The notes: generated by a model not told the origin, from the sequence alone. A stretch of DNA of 63,403 nucleotides, filler included, from Stramenopiles sp. TOSAG23-6 (GCA_900128565.1; 10 parts of 10 records of this genome joined end to end with filler, not necessarily neighbours in it); one strand, 5' to 3'; positions 44,543 through 56,301 are shown, counted from the first letter of the whole stretch. Numbers and translations: made by a program.

Positions 44543-46570
44543 ATGTCTTACAATAGGGAATATCAGATGACCAAAGAGAGAAGAGAAGCCACAACAACTC
44601 CAATACCAGCTTTAAATAATCTAGTTGAGGGGAGAGGTGCAGTAGAACGATATTCTGACGACGTAATACAACAACAGGCCTCTGGTGACGCAAAGAAGAT
44701 AAAAAGAGGTCGAAAAACACGACAGAACGCAGGAGGTGAAAAGACGATGGAAATTTCCGGAGATTCACTTAAGTTTCAGTGGCAGAAGAAAATGAATGCA
44801 TTTGCTCAACTGTGGCAGGAAGGTTTACTTTGTGACGTCATTTTACGAGCACAAACAAGTGAAGAAAGCGATACAAAAAAATATACTGAGGAAAAGCCTA
44901 CCTCAGCAGACAACGAAATACGAGAATACAAAGAGGATTCTACATCACTTTGCACCTCGGAAGGGTATAATGTACATGCCGTTGTTGTTGCTGCTTGCTC
45001 TCCATATTTAAAAGCTTTACTTTGTACAGAGGTTGGACAACCTCCATTAAAGTCAAAATCATCTGGATTAAATATTGTTACTTTAAAGGGTATAAGTCCA
45101 GATGCTTTAGAACCACTCATCAAATACATGTACACAGAAAAACTCGATCTTGACTCAGATGTAGTCATGGCTGTTCTTGCTGGTGCAGATATTTTACAAT
45201 TAGATGGTGCAAAGTTTTTTTGTTGTGAATGGCTAGAGCAACACGTTGATGCTTCAAATGCCTTTATGTTCGTTTTATTTTTTTCAAATTCGATGTTTTT
45301 TTTTCGTACGAAATTTCGTATATCGTCAGCTGCGGAACGGTACCATTGTTTTGGTTTGATAAAAACAGTTCAGCAATTTATAGATTTGAACTTTTCTGAT
45401 ATAGTAAATGATCCATCTTTTCTTCTCATTAAAGAAACAGTTCTTCAAGAACTTCTCATTCGTGATCAAATTCGAGTTTTAGCAGAATCCGAAGTAATTG
45501 AAGCACTTGTTAAATGGACAAATTATGAGGAGAATAGATTAGAAGCATTTGGACGTATACTAGATTCGGGTGCAGTTAGACTTTCCCTTCTCACTGGTAC
45601 TGAGTTGAATCAGTTTAATATTACAACAATGGTCCAGTCTTCCAGACAGGCAATGAGAGCTGTAGGACGCGAGGCGTGTTCTCGCCTTTCAGGATCTCTT
45701 CGAGTTTTTCAACATAGACGATGGATGCCTGTGGCTCCAAGACATTGTGCACATCAAATGCAATCTCATCGTCATGCAGTCTACGCTCTCATGGAGTTTC
45801 AGTTAAAGTTAGTCTCTGGTTCTGCAGACAATACCATTAAAATATGGGATCCCCTAACTTGGGAGTGTGAAAAAACATTGACAGGACATACTGATGAAGT
45901 AGCGACATTAGGATCGTGTGCTGGTATGTTGATATCAGGTTCTGGTGATCGTACAATTAAGGTTTGGGACCCTAAATCATGGGTTTGTGCACATACACTT
46001 GAAGGTCATGAAGATGAAGTGTGTGCTCTGACGGTATGTCAAAATAGATTAGTTTCAGCGTCTGCTGATTTTACGGTCCGTATTTGGATTCCTGGAAGAT
46101 GGGAGTGTGAACGTATAGTAGGAAGTCATATGGACGTCGCTGTTGCTTTAACAGTATGTGCCGACAAATTAATTTCAGGATCCGAAGATGGCACTATTAA
46201 GGTATGGGAAGCTGATGGTTGGTCATGTGTGCGAACTATTCATGCTCACACTTCAGCATTAGCTACTTTAACTTGTTGCAATGGTAAAGTAGTTTCTGGA
46301 TCAGCAGATAGTACTATCAAAGTATGGGATCCTCATACTTGGGCATGCGAGCGAACATTAGAAGGACATGCAGATCAAGTGTGTGTATTAGTCGAAGCCG
46401 GAAGTAAATTAATATCAGCATCTGGTGATGCCAACATTAAAATTTGGTCCACTGATAATTGGACGTGTGATAGAACACTGGAAGCACACGACCATCCTGT
46501 AGTTGCACTTTGTACCTGTAGCGGACGACTGGTTTCGGGTAGTGGTGACGGAATTAAAGTATGGGAGTAA
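44543..46570 (+). CDS. BTB-BACK-WD40 protein
   Basis: LCDVIL/HAVVVAACSPY (BTB), BACK helices, seven GH...SGS.D.TIKVW repeats. Confidence 0.85.
   Translation: MSYNREYQMTKERREATTTPIPALNNLVEGRGAVERYSDDVIQQQASGDAKKIKRGRKTRQNAGGEKTMEISGDSLKFQWQKKMNAFAQLWQEGLLCDVILRAQTSEESDTKKYTEEKPTSADNEIREYKEDSTSLCTSEGYNVHAVVVAACSPYLKALLCTEVGQPPLKSKSSGLNIVTLKGISPDALEPLIKYMYTEKLDLDSDVVMAVLAGADILQLDGAKFFCCEWLEQHVDASNAFMFVLFFSNSMFFFRTKFRISSAAERYHCFGLIKTVQQFIDLNFSDIVNDPSFLLIKETVLQELLIRDQIRVLAESEVIEALVKWTNYEENRLEAFGRILDSGAVRLSLLTGTELNQFNITTMVQSSRQAMRAVGREACSRLSGSLRVFQHRRWMPVAPRHCAHQMQSHRHAVYALMEFQLKLVSGSADNTIKIWDPLTWECEKTLTGHTDEVATLGSCAGMLISGSGDRTIKVWDPKSWVCAHTLEGHEDEVCALTVCQNRLVSASADFTVRIWIPGRWECERIVGSHMDVAVALTVCADKLISGSEDGTIKVWEADGWSCVRTIHAHTSALATLTCCNGKVVSGSADSTIKVWDPHTWACERTLEGHADQVCVLVEAGSKLISASGDANIKIWSTDNWTCDRTLEAHDHPVVALCTCSGRLVSGSGDGIKVWE
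45268..45321 (+). other. Truncated family element (54 nt, in frame, lacks CCTAAC)
   Basis: AT|GTTCGTTTT...TTCGTACGAAATTTCGTAT inside the BACK domain. Confidence 0.6.
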
Positions 46571-46689
46571 TTATTATTTGGTCAAAGTCTTGTGGCTAAT
46601 TTGTTTAGTTTTGCTACATTAATTATATTAGTAATTGTTATAAATAATTTATGAACAAAACAATCAACAATTAATACATATTTTATTCG

Positions 46690-47340
46690 TTATTCGTTAT
46701 TCGGAAGTAAAGGAAATGGAACTAAGGATAATTTTGATGTAGAAGGAGAATTACTTTGAGAAGGACATACGCCAACAGGATTTACATTAAAATTGCTATC
46801 GGTAATATTACTCACACTTGAAGCAATTAAAGATGGCTCAGGATTTTCCTCGTAATATGTCGACTGGATGAAAGTACACGGCGTAGAACTACATGAGGTA
46901 TATGATATCGCATTTCTACGTTTTGGTTTAACTTTACTTTTGTATCTTGAATAGGGATGATGTCGAGTGCTTTGAGATTGAAATCTCTCACGCCTATTCT
47001 TCTGACTGGAATCTCGTTCTAAAGAGCATTGGCTCTCAAGACTATTACATAGTTCTATTCGGCTTGCTGCTTCTGCACCAGCAATCAAGCCCCTTTCAAA
47101 CGCATCTTTTAACGAATTATTCACCACTCTGACTGATTTATCTAGGAAGCTATTTACTAACCCTGTAAGAGAATCAGCACTACTTTTATTACCCTTTTCT
47201 CTAGGTCGAGTTGTTGTTCTAGTGTCAGAGGATAATAAAGGTGCAGGTTTAAAGTTTGGACAATCATCGGCAGCGTTTCTTCGAGAACTTTTACATCTCG
47301 ACCGCATTTTAGTGTTTGAACACTTGGGCATATTGTTCAA
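46690..47340 (-). CDS. Hypothetical Ser-rich protein
   Basis: 216-aa ORF. Confidence 0.5.
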   Translation of the reverse strand: MNNMPKCSNTKMRSRCKSSRRNAADDCPNFKPAPLLSSDTRTTTRPREKGNKSSADSLTGLVNSFLDKSVRVVNNSLKDAFERGLIAGAEAASRIELCNSLESQCSLERDSSQKNRRERFQSQSTRHHPYSRYKSKVKPKRRNAISYTSCSSTPCTFIQSTYYEENPEPSLIASSVSNITDSNFNVNPVGVCPSQSNSPSTSKLSLVPFPLLPNNE

Positions 47341-47737
47341 TATGAAATTGAAAAAAATAGTTCAATACTTGACAGAAATGATCAAATATGAAGACCCTGC
47401 AAACATTGTCTACTTTAATGGGTTCAATTTGGTTGTTGGTCAACATCACTGTCATAATAAAAAGAATTTTGTTGGCCAACGCCAAAAAAAACCCAAAATG
47501 ACTGGTGAAGTCAAGTCAAAAATTCAAAATTTAAATTTCGAAATTTCAAATTGAAATTATTGAATATTTTAGACTAAAAAATGTCATAGTCAAGTTGTAG
47601 TACACTTTTATTTTTTATTTCTGAGAATAAATGAACGTCTTTCAAATTGGATATCATAATAGTGAAAAGAATATAANAAAAGAATTGCTNCATTTAAAAT
47701 TTAAATTGACGAAAAATCACTTTATTTTTATATACTT

Positions 47738-48805
47738 TTATTCAACCTTTTTACTCTCTTGCTCTTTTTTGCTCTCTTGTTCTCTTGTCAAATTCTTTGT
47801 TTGCTGATTATAGTTTTGTCTCAGCCATTTCATTAATACTATATCATCCCACACAATTAGTAATAATAAAGGAACAAAGACAGGAATTGTCCAGTTGTAG
47901 TGTTGAAAAATTAGTTTCTTAATGTAAATTGTTTGCCAAGTCCAATTAACGAGGCAGCAAGTGGAATAAATCAAAAGAGCTAAACCGGATATTATTTGAC
48001 TTTGTTTTGGTGATGGTCCCATAAAACGGGAAGCAAGTAGAAGATTGACCAAATATGCAAACGTCGAAAACACAGCATATACAACTATACACCGACCAAC
48101 ACCGTCCTTTTTATAGTCAGCATAGAAGTTGAAGGTTGCAAATGCTTGAACAATAAGATGATGAATGATTGTACTACGCGCCATACGCTTTACTAATAAC
48201 AAAGATACGAAATCGGGTATTGCGTAGAGTACCCCTAGATTACGAATACGGACGTTGTTCCACTCGTCGTTTATCAAAGCCTCATAAAGAAGATAACCTG
48301 CCATGGGTGTGTATGCTAATAACAAAGCAGATTTTATCAGATTACTTAGCACATAAAATTGTTTATCAGATTCAATAGCTTGGTAACTTGTAGAAAGCTT
48401 TGAGAGATAAAAATGAAAAGTAAAGTACGACGAACCAACAAAGTGAGAACCTGCTGCAAAGAGAAATACAGAGTGTTTTGATTCTACCACAAAAGCATCC
48501 ATAATGAACTGTAGAGCAACAAAAAAGAAAAAAAACATCAAGAGAACTGTAGCAGTTGGCTTACCAGACAAAGCTTGTGTCCACATTACTTCTGTTCCAC
48601 GGCTAAAGTGTTCTGCAATTAACGAGGGTGGTGCGCGGCGGCGCTTTCGTGCCTTTGTGTTTGCCAGTTCTTCCTGTTTTTTTACAGCTGCTGACATTGA
48701 TTCATATGCTTCTTTTGGTGAAGTTTTTTTGTGTTGATTAATGTGTACCAAATCATTTCCAAAGCTGCTCACTCTGGGGAATTTCGCTTTTGGAGAAGTT
48801 GACAT
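47738..48805 (-). CDS. Multi-pass membrane protein (TLC-like)
   Basis: Several TMs with a TIIHHLIV motif. Confidence 0.6.
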   Translation of the reverse strand: MSTSPKAKFPRVSSFGNDLVHINQHKKTSPKEAYESMSAAVKKQEELANTKARKRRRAPPSLIAEHFSRGTEVMWTQALSGKPTATVLLMFFFFFVALQFIMDAFVVESKHSVFLFAAGSHFVGSSYFTFHFYLSKLSTSYQAIESDKQFYVLSNLIKSALLLAYTPMAGYLLYEALINDEWNNVRIRNLGVLYAIPDFVSLLLVKRMARSTIIHHLIVQAFATFNFYADYKKDGVGRCIVVYAVFSTFAYLVNLLLASRFMGPSPKQSQIISGLALLIYSTCCLVNWTWQTIYIKKLIFQHYNWTIPVFVPLLLLIVWDDIVLMKWLRQNYNQQTKNLTREQESKKEQESKKVE

Positions 48806-49029
48806 TTCAATGGTTTAATCGATGATGAGTTATTTTACTAATTTTTCATTTTATACTCGGAGAGAGTGAAAAACCCGAGAGAGTCAACACAATTTCAACC
48901 AAGCAAGCGCCGAGCCCTAACCCTAACCCTTCAAAAGCCCTTCAAAGTACGAAAATAACATTCAAAATATCTTAGAATAATTTGCTAATTAAAATTTTAT
49001 GAATTTGCAAAACTTTCTCTTTCTTTTTA

Positions 49030-50802
49030 TTACACCATTGTGCACCGTACTTTATTTTTTAGTGCAGCAATATAATGATTTACTTTCTCATATACCTTTG
49101 AATACCAAAGTTTACCATAGTCACGACCTCGTAAATTTCCTCTGGGTGGGACAGCAAAGAATTTAGCTTGTTCTTCAAGTTGTTTTAGCATCCTACAATT
49201 ATGCTCCAGATATGCGAGTATTGTAGTGGTTAATGTGGCATCAAATGTTGGACCACCATTTTCCTGAATAATTTGTTGCATCATTCGAATAACAAGCCTT
49301 TCTGCAATTTCATCATCAGTAATACTACCGCTTCCATGATGCTGTATATCACCCCATGAAATGTATAAAGTATTTGATGCACCCATTTTGTGCTTCACAT
49401 TATGATTAATTGCAATGGTAGTACTGTCATTCACTACACCTGATTTAGGTCCAGCAGAATGTTTCATTTGCGCCAAAGAAAAATCCTTCATTTGAGCTTC
49501 AGTTACAGTGGGTGCGCTATTCATCAGTGATGTATTTATCGCTTTTTCATCATTTTTAGGTACAGTAAATGCCAACTCTTTTGGTTTGTTATCCTCAGGT
49601 ACAGTAGATATCTCTTCAAAAAGCAATGATTTATCACTATCAACTTGATGTTGGGAAAAATTAACCCAGCCCCATCTTTTGAGGACATCTTTTTTTTCCG
49701 CGGTCTCTTTGACTTCTATGAAGTTTTCGCCATCAACTTGATCTTCAGGTAGAGTAGATATTACTTCTTCCGGTACATTAGGAATCTCTTCAAAATGCAG
49801 TGATAAATCACTATTGATTTTATGTTTATGTTGCCCGACGCCTTTTTTTTCCACCGTATCTTTGACTTCAATGAAGTTTTCCGCATCAACTTGATCTTCA
49901 GGTAGAGTAGATATAATCTCTTCAAAATTTGATGATGAATCATTATTGACTTTATGTTTATGTTGCTTGACACCTCTTTTCCCCGCTGCCTCTTTGACTC
50001 CTATGAAGTTTTCGGCATCAACTTGTTCTTCAGGTAGAGTAGATATGATCTCTTCCGGTACAGTAGGCATCTCTTCAAAATTTGACGATGAATCATTATT
50101 GACTTTACGTTGCTTGACACCTCTTTTTTCCGCTGCTTTCACTCCTATGAAATTTTTGGGTTCAACTTGATCTTCAGGTAGAGTAGATATGATCTCTTCG
50201 GGTACTGTAGGCATCTCTTCAAAATGCAATGATAAATCACTATTGACTTTACGTTGCTTGACACCTTTTTTGCTCACCGTATCTTTGACTTCTATGAAGT
50301 TTTCGGCATCAACTTCATCTTCAGGTAGAGTAGATATGATCTCTTCCGGTACAGTAGGCATTTCTTCAAAATTTGATAAATCACTATTGAAATTTTGTTG
50401 CTTGACATCATTATCATTTTTATACTCTCCAGTTGGTTCTAAAGTTTTGTCGTCGTCATGTTTTTCACTATACTGATTCGGAGACTCTTCAATCACTTCC
50501 AAAATTTTACCTTGGTTATTATATTCCCCTACTCGTTCCAGTATACCAGAATCACCAATATCGTCTAAGTCTTCTGAATGTGCGGAGAAATTTCTCCCAC
50601 CATTTTCTTGGATATATTCACCCACTTGATCCTTTCTTTGCGGTGGAACGATAATTACATCCATTTCATACTCATTCTCCTGCCTTGTGGCAGGTGGGAC
50701 AGGCACGTAGACATCATCGTTACCACCACCACAACACCCCCAAAACGTGGCAGAAACTACTGCACTGTAGGCAAATAATACAAAAAATAGTAGCAACTTC
50801 AT
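49030..50802 (-). CDS. Secreted acidic repeat protein
   Basis: Signal peptide; repeated FEEMPTVPEEIISTLPEDQVDAENFIEVK units. Confidence 0.7.
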   Translation of the reverse strand: MKLLLFFVLFAYSAVVSATFWGCCGGGNDDVYVPVPPATRQENEYEMDVIIVPPQRKDQVGEYIQENGGRNFSAHSEDLDDIGDSGILERVGEYNNQGKILEVIEESPNQYSEKHDDDKTLEPTGEYKNDNDVKQQNFNSDLSNFEEMPTVPEEIISTLPEDEVDAENFIEVKDTVSKKGVKQRKVNSDLSLHFEEMPTVPEEIISTLPEDQVEPKNFIGVKAAEKRGVKQRKVNNDSSSNFEEMPTVPEEIISTLPEEQVDAENFIGVKEAAGKRGVKQHKHKVNNDSSSNFEEIISTLPEDQVDAENFIEVKDTVEKKGVGQHKHKINSDLSLHFEEIPNVPEEVISTLPEDQVDGENFIEVKETAEKKDVLKRWGWVNFSQHQVDSDKSLLFEEISTVPEDNKPKELAFTVPKNDEKAINTSLMNSAPTVTEAQMKDFSLAQMKHSAGPKSGVVNDSTTIAINHNVKHKMGASNTLYISWGDIQHHGSGSITDDEIAERLVIRMMQQIIQENGGPTFDATLTTTILAYLEHNCRMLKQLEEQAKFFAVPPRGNLRGRDYGKLWYSKVYEKVNHYIAALKNKVRCTMV

Positions 50803-51238
50803 ATTGATGTTTAGCTTTTATTTTTCAATGATATAGTAGTTTGTAATCATTTACGAGAGAATGAATGATGTTATTTTGGGTATACCATCTGTTTTATTTT
50901 TGACATCTACAATTTAAAATTGACATCTGAATTTGAATTCAAAAGTTACCGGGTAACACATAATTAGTTTTTGTTTTTGTCTTTATTGGTATATTTCGGT
51001 ATATTTTTGAATGATTTTTCAGCCTTTTTCACTCATCTCATCATCTCCAAAACACCATAAATGAGACATTTCATGCTTTAAATTTATTATAAACAGATTG
51101 TATAGGTAGTGTTGGATGCTTTGCAATTTTAGGTTTTGTAGTGAAATTTGTACCTAACAAAAAATTTTTTTTCCTTCATATTGTAATTTATTTAGTTGTT
51201 TATATATGCAGATGGCGTAGAAGAATGCAATAACTACT

Positions 51239-51286
<48 letters not shown>

Positions 51287-51294
51287 ACTGGTTC
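51239..51294 (+). tRNA. trnF: tRNA-Phe (GAA), 3' truncated by gap
   Basis: GCCGCGATAGCTCAGTTGGGAGAGCGTCAGACTGAAGATCTGAAGGTCACTGGTTC. Confidence 0.92.
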
Positions 51295-51393
51295 NNNNNN
51301 NNNNNNNNNNNNNNNNNNNNNNNNNNNNNNNNNNNNNNTTAATTAATTAANNNNNNNNNNNNNNNNNNNNNNNNNNNNNNNNNNNNNNNNNNN

Positions 51394-53068
51394 NTTTTTA
51401 TTTTTTGTATTTTTTGTATTTTTTGTATTTTTTGTATTTTTTGTATTTTTTGTATTTTTTTCTGTTTCAGTAGGGTTAGGGTTTGCATGTGCAAATAATC
51501 GATCAGCTAAAATTCGACCAGCAGCAATTGCAACAGGGGTTAACTCCCATTGACCACATACATCACCCAATGCGTATACATTTTTTGTACCTAAACAATT
51601 TGCATATTGATCAACTTCTATATGTCCATGTAGAGTACAAAAATAGTTCAAAGTATTTTGAAAATTGTTAGGTACAAAAAAAAAATTTTGAAAAAAAAAA
51701 AAATGTTTAGGTACAAAATTTCGTACGAAAAAAACATTTGAAAAAAAAATTTGAAATTTTTTTTGAAAATTTGAAATTGAAACACATACATAATCAGTGA
51801 GAGAAATATTTGCAGATGTAACATCAAGTGGTTGAGTCATTGGTTTTCGACCAATTGCCCAGATAATACAATCAACATCCAAAGGATCATATTTTTCATT
51901 ATTTACAAAAACACGAAATTCAGATTTTTTTTCATTATTTTTTTCATTTTTTTTTTCATTATTTTTTTCATTATTTTTTTCATGATCAAAACGTTCAATA
52001 CTTGAGACACCATTTGAATCACGCATAATAGAAACACCACTTTTTTCTAATCCTTCTTCTACAGCTCTTGACAACATGTATCGTAAAAAATATTTTTTTT
52101 TAATTGTTAGGTATGAAATTTCAAAAAAAAAAAAAATTTCAAAAAAAATTTTAAATTTTTTTTTAAATTATTAGGTACAAAATTTCGTATGAAAAAAAAA
52201 ATTGAAAAAAAAAAAAAAAATCATAATGAAAACAAACATATCATCAAAAGAACGTAAAACACCAGATTTTCTAATTATTAATGATGTTTCAGCTCCAAGA
52301 GCACTTAAAACACCAGCTAACTCAACAGCAATATATCCAGCACCAACAATAGCTACTTTTTTAGGCATTTCATTTAATTCAAAAAAACCATCACTAGTGA
52401 TTCCATGTATTGTAAAAAAAAATTTCAAACATTTTCAAAAAAAAATTGTTAGGTACAAAATTTCGTACGAAAAAAAAAAATTCAAAAAAAAATTTTAAAA
52501 AAATTAACCCTAACCCTAATTATTGTTAAAGACGTACATGCCGTGCTCCAGGAATTTCATTTGGTATTTCTGGATATCCACCAACAGCAATAAGAATATG
52601 ATCTGCAGTATATTCGCCATCACCATCCATTGATACTTTATTTGGAGATAAGAAAGTAGCTTCACCTCGAAGTAGTTCAATACCAGATGTGTCTAGATTT
52701 CGTTCATAAATTCCATTTAAACGTTTTATATATGCATCTCTTCTTTTTTTCATATCTTTCCAATTGAATTGTACATCTGGAACATCAAATCCAAGCTGAG
52801 CGGAATCATGTAATAACTCAGCAAATGAAGCAGCGTTCCACATGACTTTTTTAGGAACACAACCCACATTTACACACGTTCCACCCATCACAGTCTTTTC
52901 AATTAAACCAACACGAGCTCCATGATCAGCCGCACGTCGGGCAGAAGCCATACCACCACTTCCACCACCAATCACTAAATATTCAAAATGTCGATTAGGT
53001 AATGAACTAACACAACGATAAGATTGCTTTGATAGAAGTATTCGACGCATTGAAGAGAATGTGTACAT
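51394..53068 (-). CDS. GSR: Glutathione reductase (3 family introns; 3' end lost in gap)
   Basis: [27 protein letters not shown] and [11 protein letters not shown]; splices restore [21 protein letters not shown] and TDY-GHIEVD. Confidence 0.93.
51628..51789 (-). other. Family intron, GT-AT (162 nt, two core copies, stop-free 3n)
   Basis: AT|GTATGT...CTCTACAT|GGA. Confidence 0.85.
52076..52237 (-). other. Family intron, GT-AT (162 nt, two core copies)
   Basis: AT|GTTTGT...CGATACAT|G. Confidence 0.85.
52405..52537 (-). other. Family intron, GT-AT (133 nt)
   Basis: AT|GTACGT...core...TACAATACAT|GGA. Confidence 0.87.
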
Positions 53069-53318
53069 TGTAGTAATAATACGTAATATTTTTATGCAGT
53101 TAGTACTCAAGAGACTTTCGAGAGAGTGACAGACGAAAAAAAAAAGTTGACCGAATGTTTTGTGTGACAAACCTGTTTTCATGAATTATTTTCAAGAATC
53201 TCAAAAATTTGCTACCTTTTACAATGTAGTCTTATGACTCTCTCTCTCTCTCTGTCTATTGTCTCTTTAGCTATTGTATCTCTTTCTCAATTAACTCAGC
53301 AAACAAAAAGTACACAAC

Positions 53319-53546
53319 ACAATCTTAACTTGAATCATTTACTAGATGCCACAATGGCATCATTATACCACAATGGTAAGGATGTAACCACTATGGATAC
53401 TCCTATGTTTCAGTGAAATTGTTTGTGTACTATTGTTATTGCTAGACCTCCATGTGAACCTCATAGAATAACTACAGGACAATCTCAACTTGAACAATCT
53501 ACTAGATGCCACAATGGCATCATAATACCACAATGGTAAGAATGTA
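53319..53546 (+). repeat. Two ~68-bp direct repeats (period 160), each with twin hairpins
   Basis: ...ACTAGATGCCACAATGGCATCA-TA-TACCACAATGGTAAG at 53319 and 53479. Confidence 0.8.
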
Positions 53547-53599
53547 GTAATGAGAACAGTTCTGTATCACCTCACAGTTCTATTGACAGACATTTCAAA

Positions 53600-56281
53600 T
53601 ATTTGAAGAAGAAATGAATAAATCACATGATCAAGAAGACCAAAGACAGGGAATTTATTATGATGATATGATTCTCATTAGGAATGATACACTTAAAAAT
53701 AGTAGACAAGTCCAAGCTTCTTTTTTTCTCAATGAAAATAAGGTTGAAACCCTCTTATGGCTCTAAATCAGAGCTTTTCTGATTGGGAAGAATTCATATG
53801 TCACTGAAGCTCTAGTACTAGAAGTACTTTTAGTAACATGAGGATGTTCAGGAGGGGATGGAGCATTTAATCTCTTACCTGATACCCAATTGCTACAACA
53901 CAAGTATGGAAAACATAAAACTCCTTTCTTGCTACACAAGGTTGGAGATAAAAATTTGTATAAAACATTGTTAAATTTAGGTTATCTCCATTTGCAGGCC
54001 AATATCAAAAATGATTCACAGTGGAATGATAAAAAATGGGAAGACTTTTCAAATACAGATTTAAAAAAATGTATGCAATTAGTACTTCAAAGTCAAACCC
54101 TTGTAGCAATAGGGGACAATAAAATACAAAACTCTATTGAAACCCAACTATCTCTCACCTATATGTCTAAGAAAATGTCTAACAGAATGACTAAGTTATG
54201 TGGCAGTTGTAAAGATCAAGAATGCAATGTAGCATATTGCACTACATGTGTGTCAAAGATTCCTTCTTGTTGGAATATCCTGCTATCATACCAGGATCAG
54301 GTTTTCCTGAGGATTGGATGTGGGATGAAACTGAAGCTACACAAGCTGATGTTCAAACTGAGATTAACAATTTCTTTGGTGGAATTGCCTATAATGGATG
54401 GGTAAACCATCTCGAAAAAGACTGAATAAGAATATGTGATTAAAAGAAAACATACAACATGTAGATAACTTTAAGCATAATTGTAGTAAAGGTGAATGTG
54501 TTAGCATTGACTGGTCTTTTGAATATGGGACAAAGCTTGATTTAATCCTATTTACACCTAAAAATCCACCAAACACACTTCCAAAATGTATTATGGATAT
54601 GGAAATGTTAAGATTTTACAACTTCCAATCCAATACAAATCAAGCAGCAAATTCCAGATGGAGTACAATTTGTACTATATCCTTTCTCTACTTATGCATG
54701 AAGTGTCCATTATTGAGAAAATGTGATAATTCAAGGACTCTCAGACATTTTGTTTTGAAAATTGGTAAATCATTGACAGTAATATGAGAAAAATTGGTAG
54801 GTATGATTGGAAGAGTAGACAATGTGCTCCACCTCCAGCAACTTCCACAAAAAACACTATGTTCACATTACAACAAAGAAGACATGATTCAAAAAATGGT
54901 AATGTGCATTCTTCATCACAATGATGATACTCTGTCAAAAGTAACAATGGATATCAATAACATTGAGACAGTGTCATTCAAGCAATAGAAAAGTTCGTTT
55001 GTGGAGGAGCCCTAAGTTTTGTAAGTGAAGGAGCCCTCAATGAAACACAAGATTGTAAAACCTTATTCAATGAATGGCTAAAAGAGAATAAAGTAATTCT
55101 CATACATATAAAGAGGAACAACAACAACAACACCTTCGTTCAATTCAACTCCTGATGTTGCAGTAGAATCAATATGTGTACAACCATCTGATTCACTGGT
55201 ACAAAATGTGTATGGAACAAAGAAAGAGGATGCCACCAAAGTTAATGAACTGAAGTTTTTCCTAAACATTTCCCCCATGTATATCAATGATTCAAATCGA
55301 TGTTCTGAAAACAATCAATCAATTAGCCCAACATATTTATCAATTCAAAATGAAGGGTCAAAGTAGAAAATGTCAAACATATCGAGGCTGGAATACATTT
55401 CTCAAAAAGTTATGCGATGATGTGAAGACAAAGGTTGATGGATGTAGTATTTGTTCTGATATAAAGAACTCACACCTACTAGAAAAACTACCACTAAATT
55501 TGGTACTATCGATCTAACAAATGATACCTTTAAAGTACATGCAAAATTAGACCAGCAAGTAACTTCTTTGGGATATGACCCTGAATCTACTATGAATGAA
55601 ACTTATCATGGAGCAATGAAGAGAAGAAACTATTAACAAAATCAAAGTGAGATTCCAACAGATAAGGAATTCTGGTGATCTAATGGAATGGCAAACAGTT
55701 GATCCTGAGTGAAAAACATTGCATCAAATGTGCACACTGTTTCCAGAAGAAAATGACAAAAAAAGGTTAAACTATAATTCATTCAGAAACACTTATATAC
55801 CTAGTCTTTGGAGGAGATTAAATGAACTTAAAATTGATTATGGAGGTAAACTGCCACACATCACAATCATATTGTGAGTGCATAGATTACTTGAGAAAGG
55901 GATCTGTACACTCTTTTGGCTGTAAGCATATTTCTTTTTATTACAACATTTACTATTCTTAATGTTGATACTTTTTAAATGTTTCCTTTACAAAACATTC
56001 TGGAAAAACAAGACAAAATGATAGATACAATGATGCAGACAAAAATCTAATGGAAAAAAGATGTCCACCAAAATGAAGTAGGCCAAAATGAAGTAGGATT
56101 GAAAAATTTTGATACAACATGCTTTGAAAATGCAATTCTTCAATGCATGGCATGCATTCCACATGTTTCAAATTATTTTCTACAACTAAATATTAGGACA
56201 GATATGGAAATGGTATGGTGCTGTGCAGCACTAGAATTTATAATAAAGAAAGCAAACTTAAACTATGCAAAAACTTTTTGA
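53600..56281 (+). pseudogene. Decayed coding region (possible transposon relic) ending in a USP/peptidase C19 Cys-box fragment
   Basis: Fragmented ORFs; GLKNFDTTCFENAILQCM..IP..SNYFL at ~56096-56180; visibly CpG-poor. Confidence 0.45.
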
Positions 56282-56301
56282 AAATTATAAATAGTATTAT
56301 T

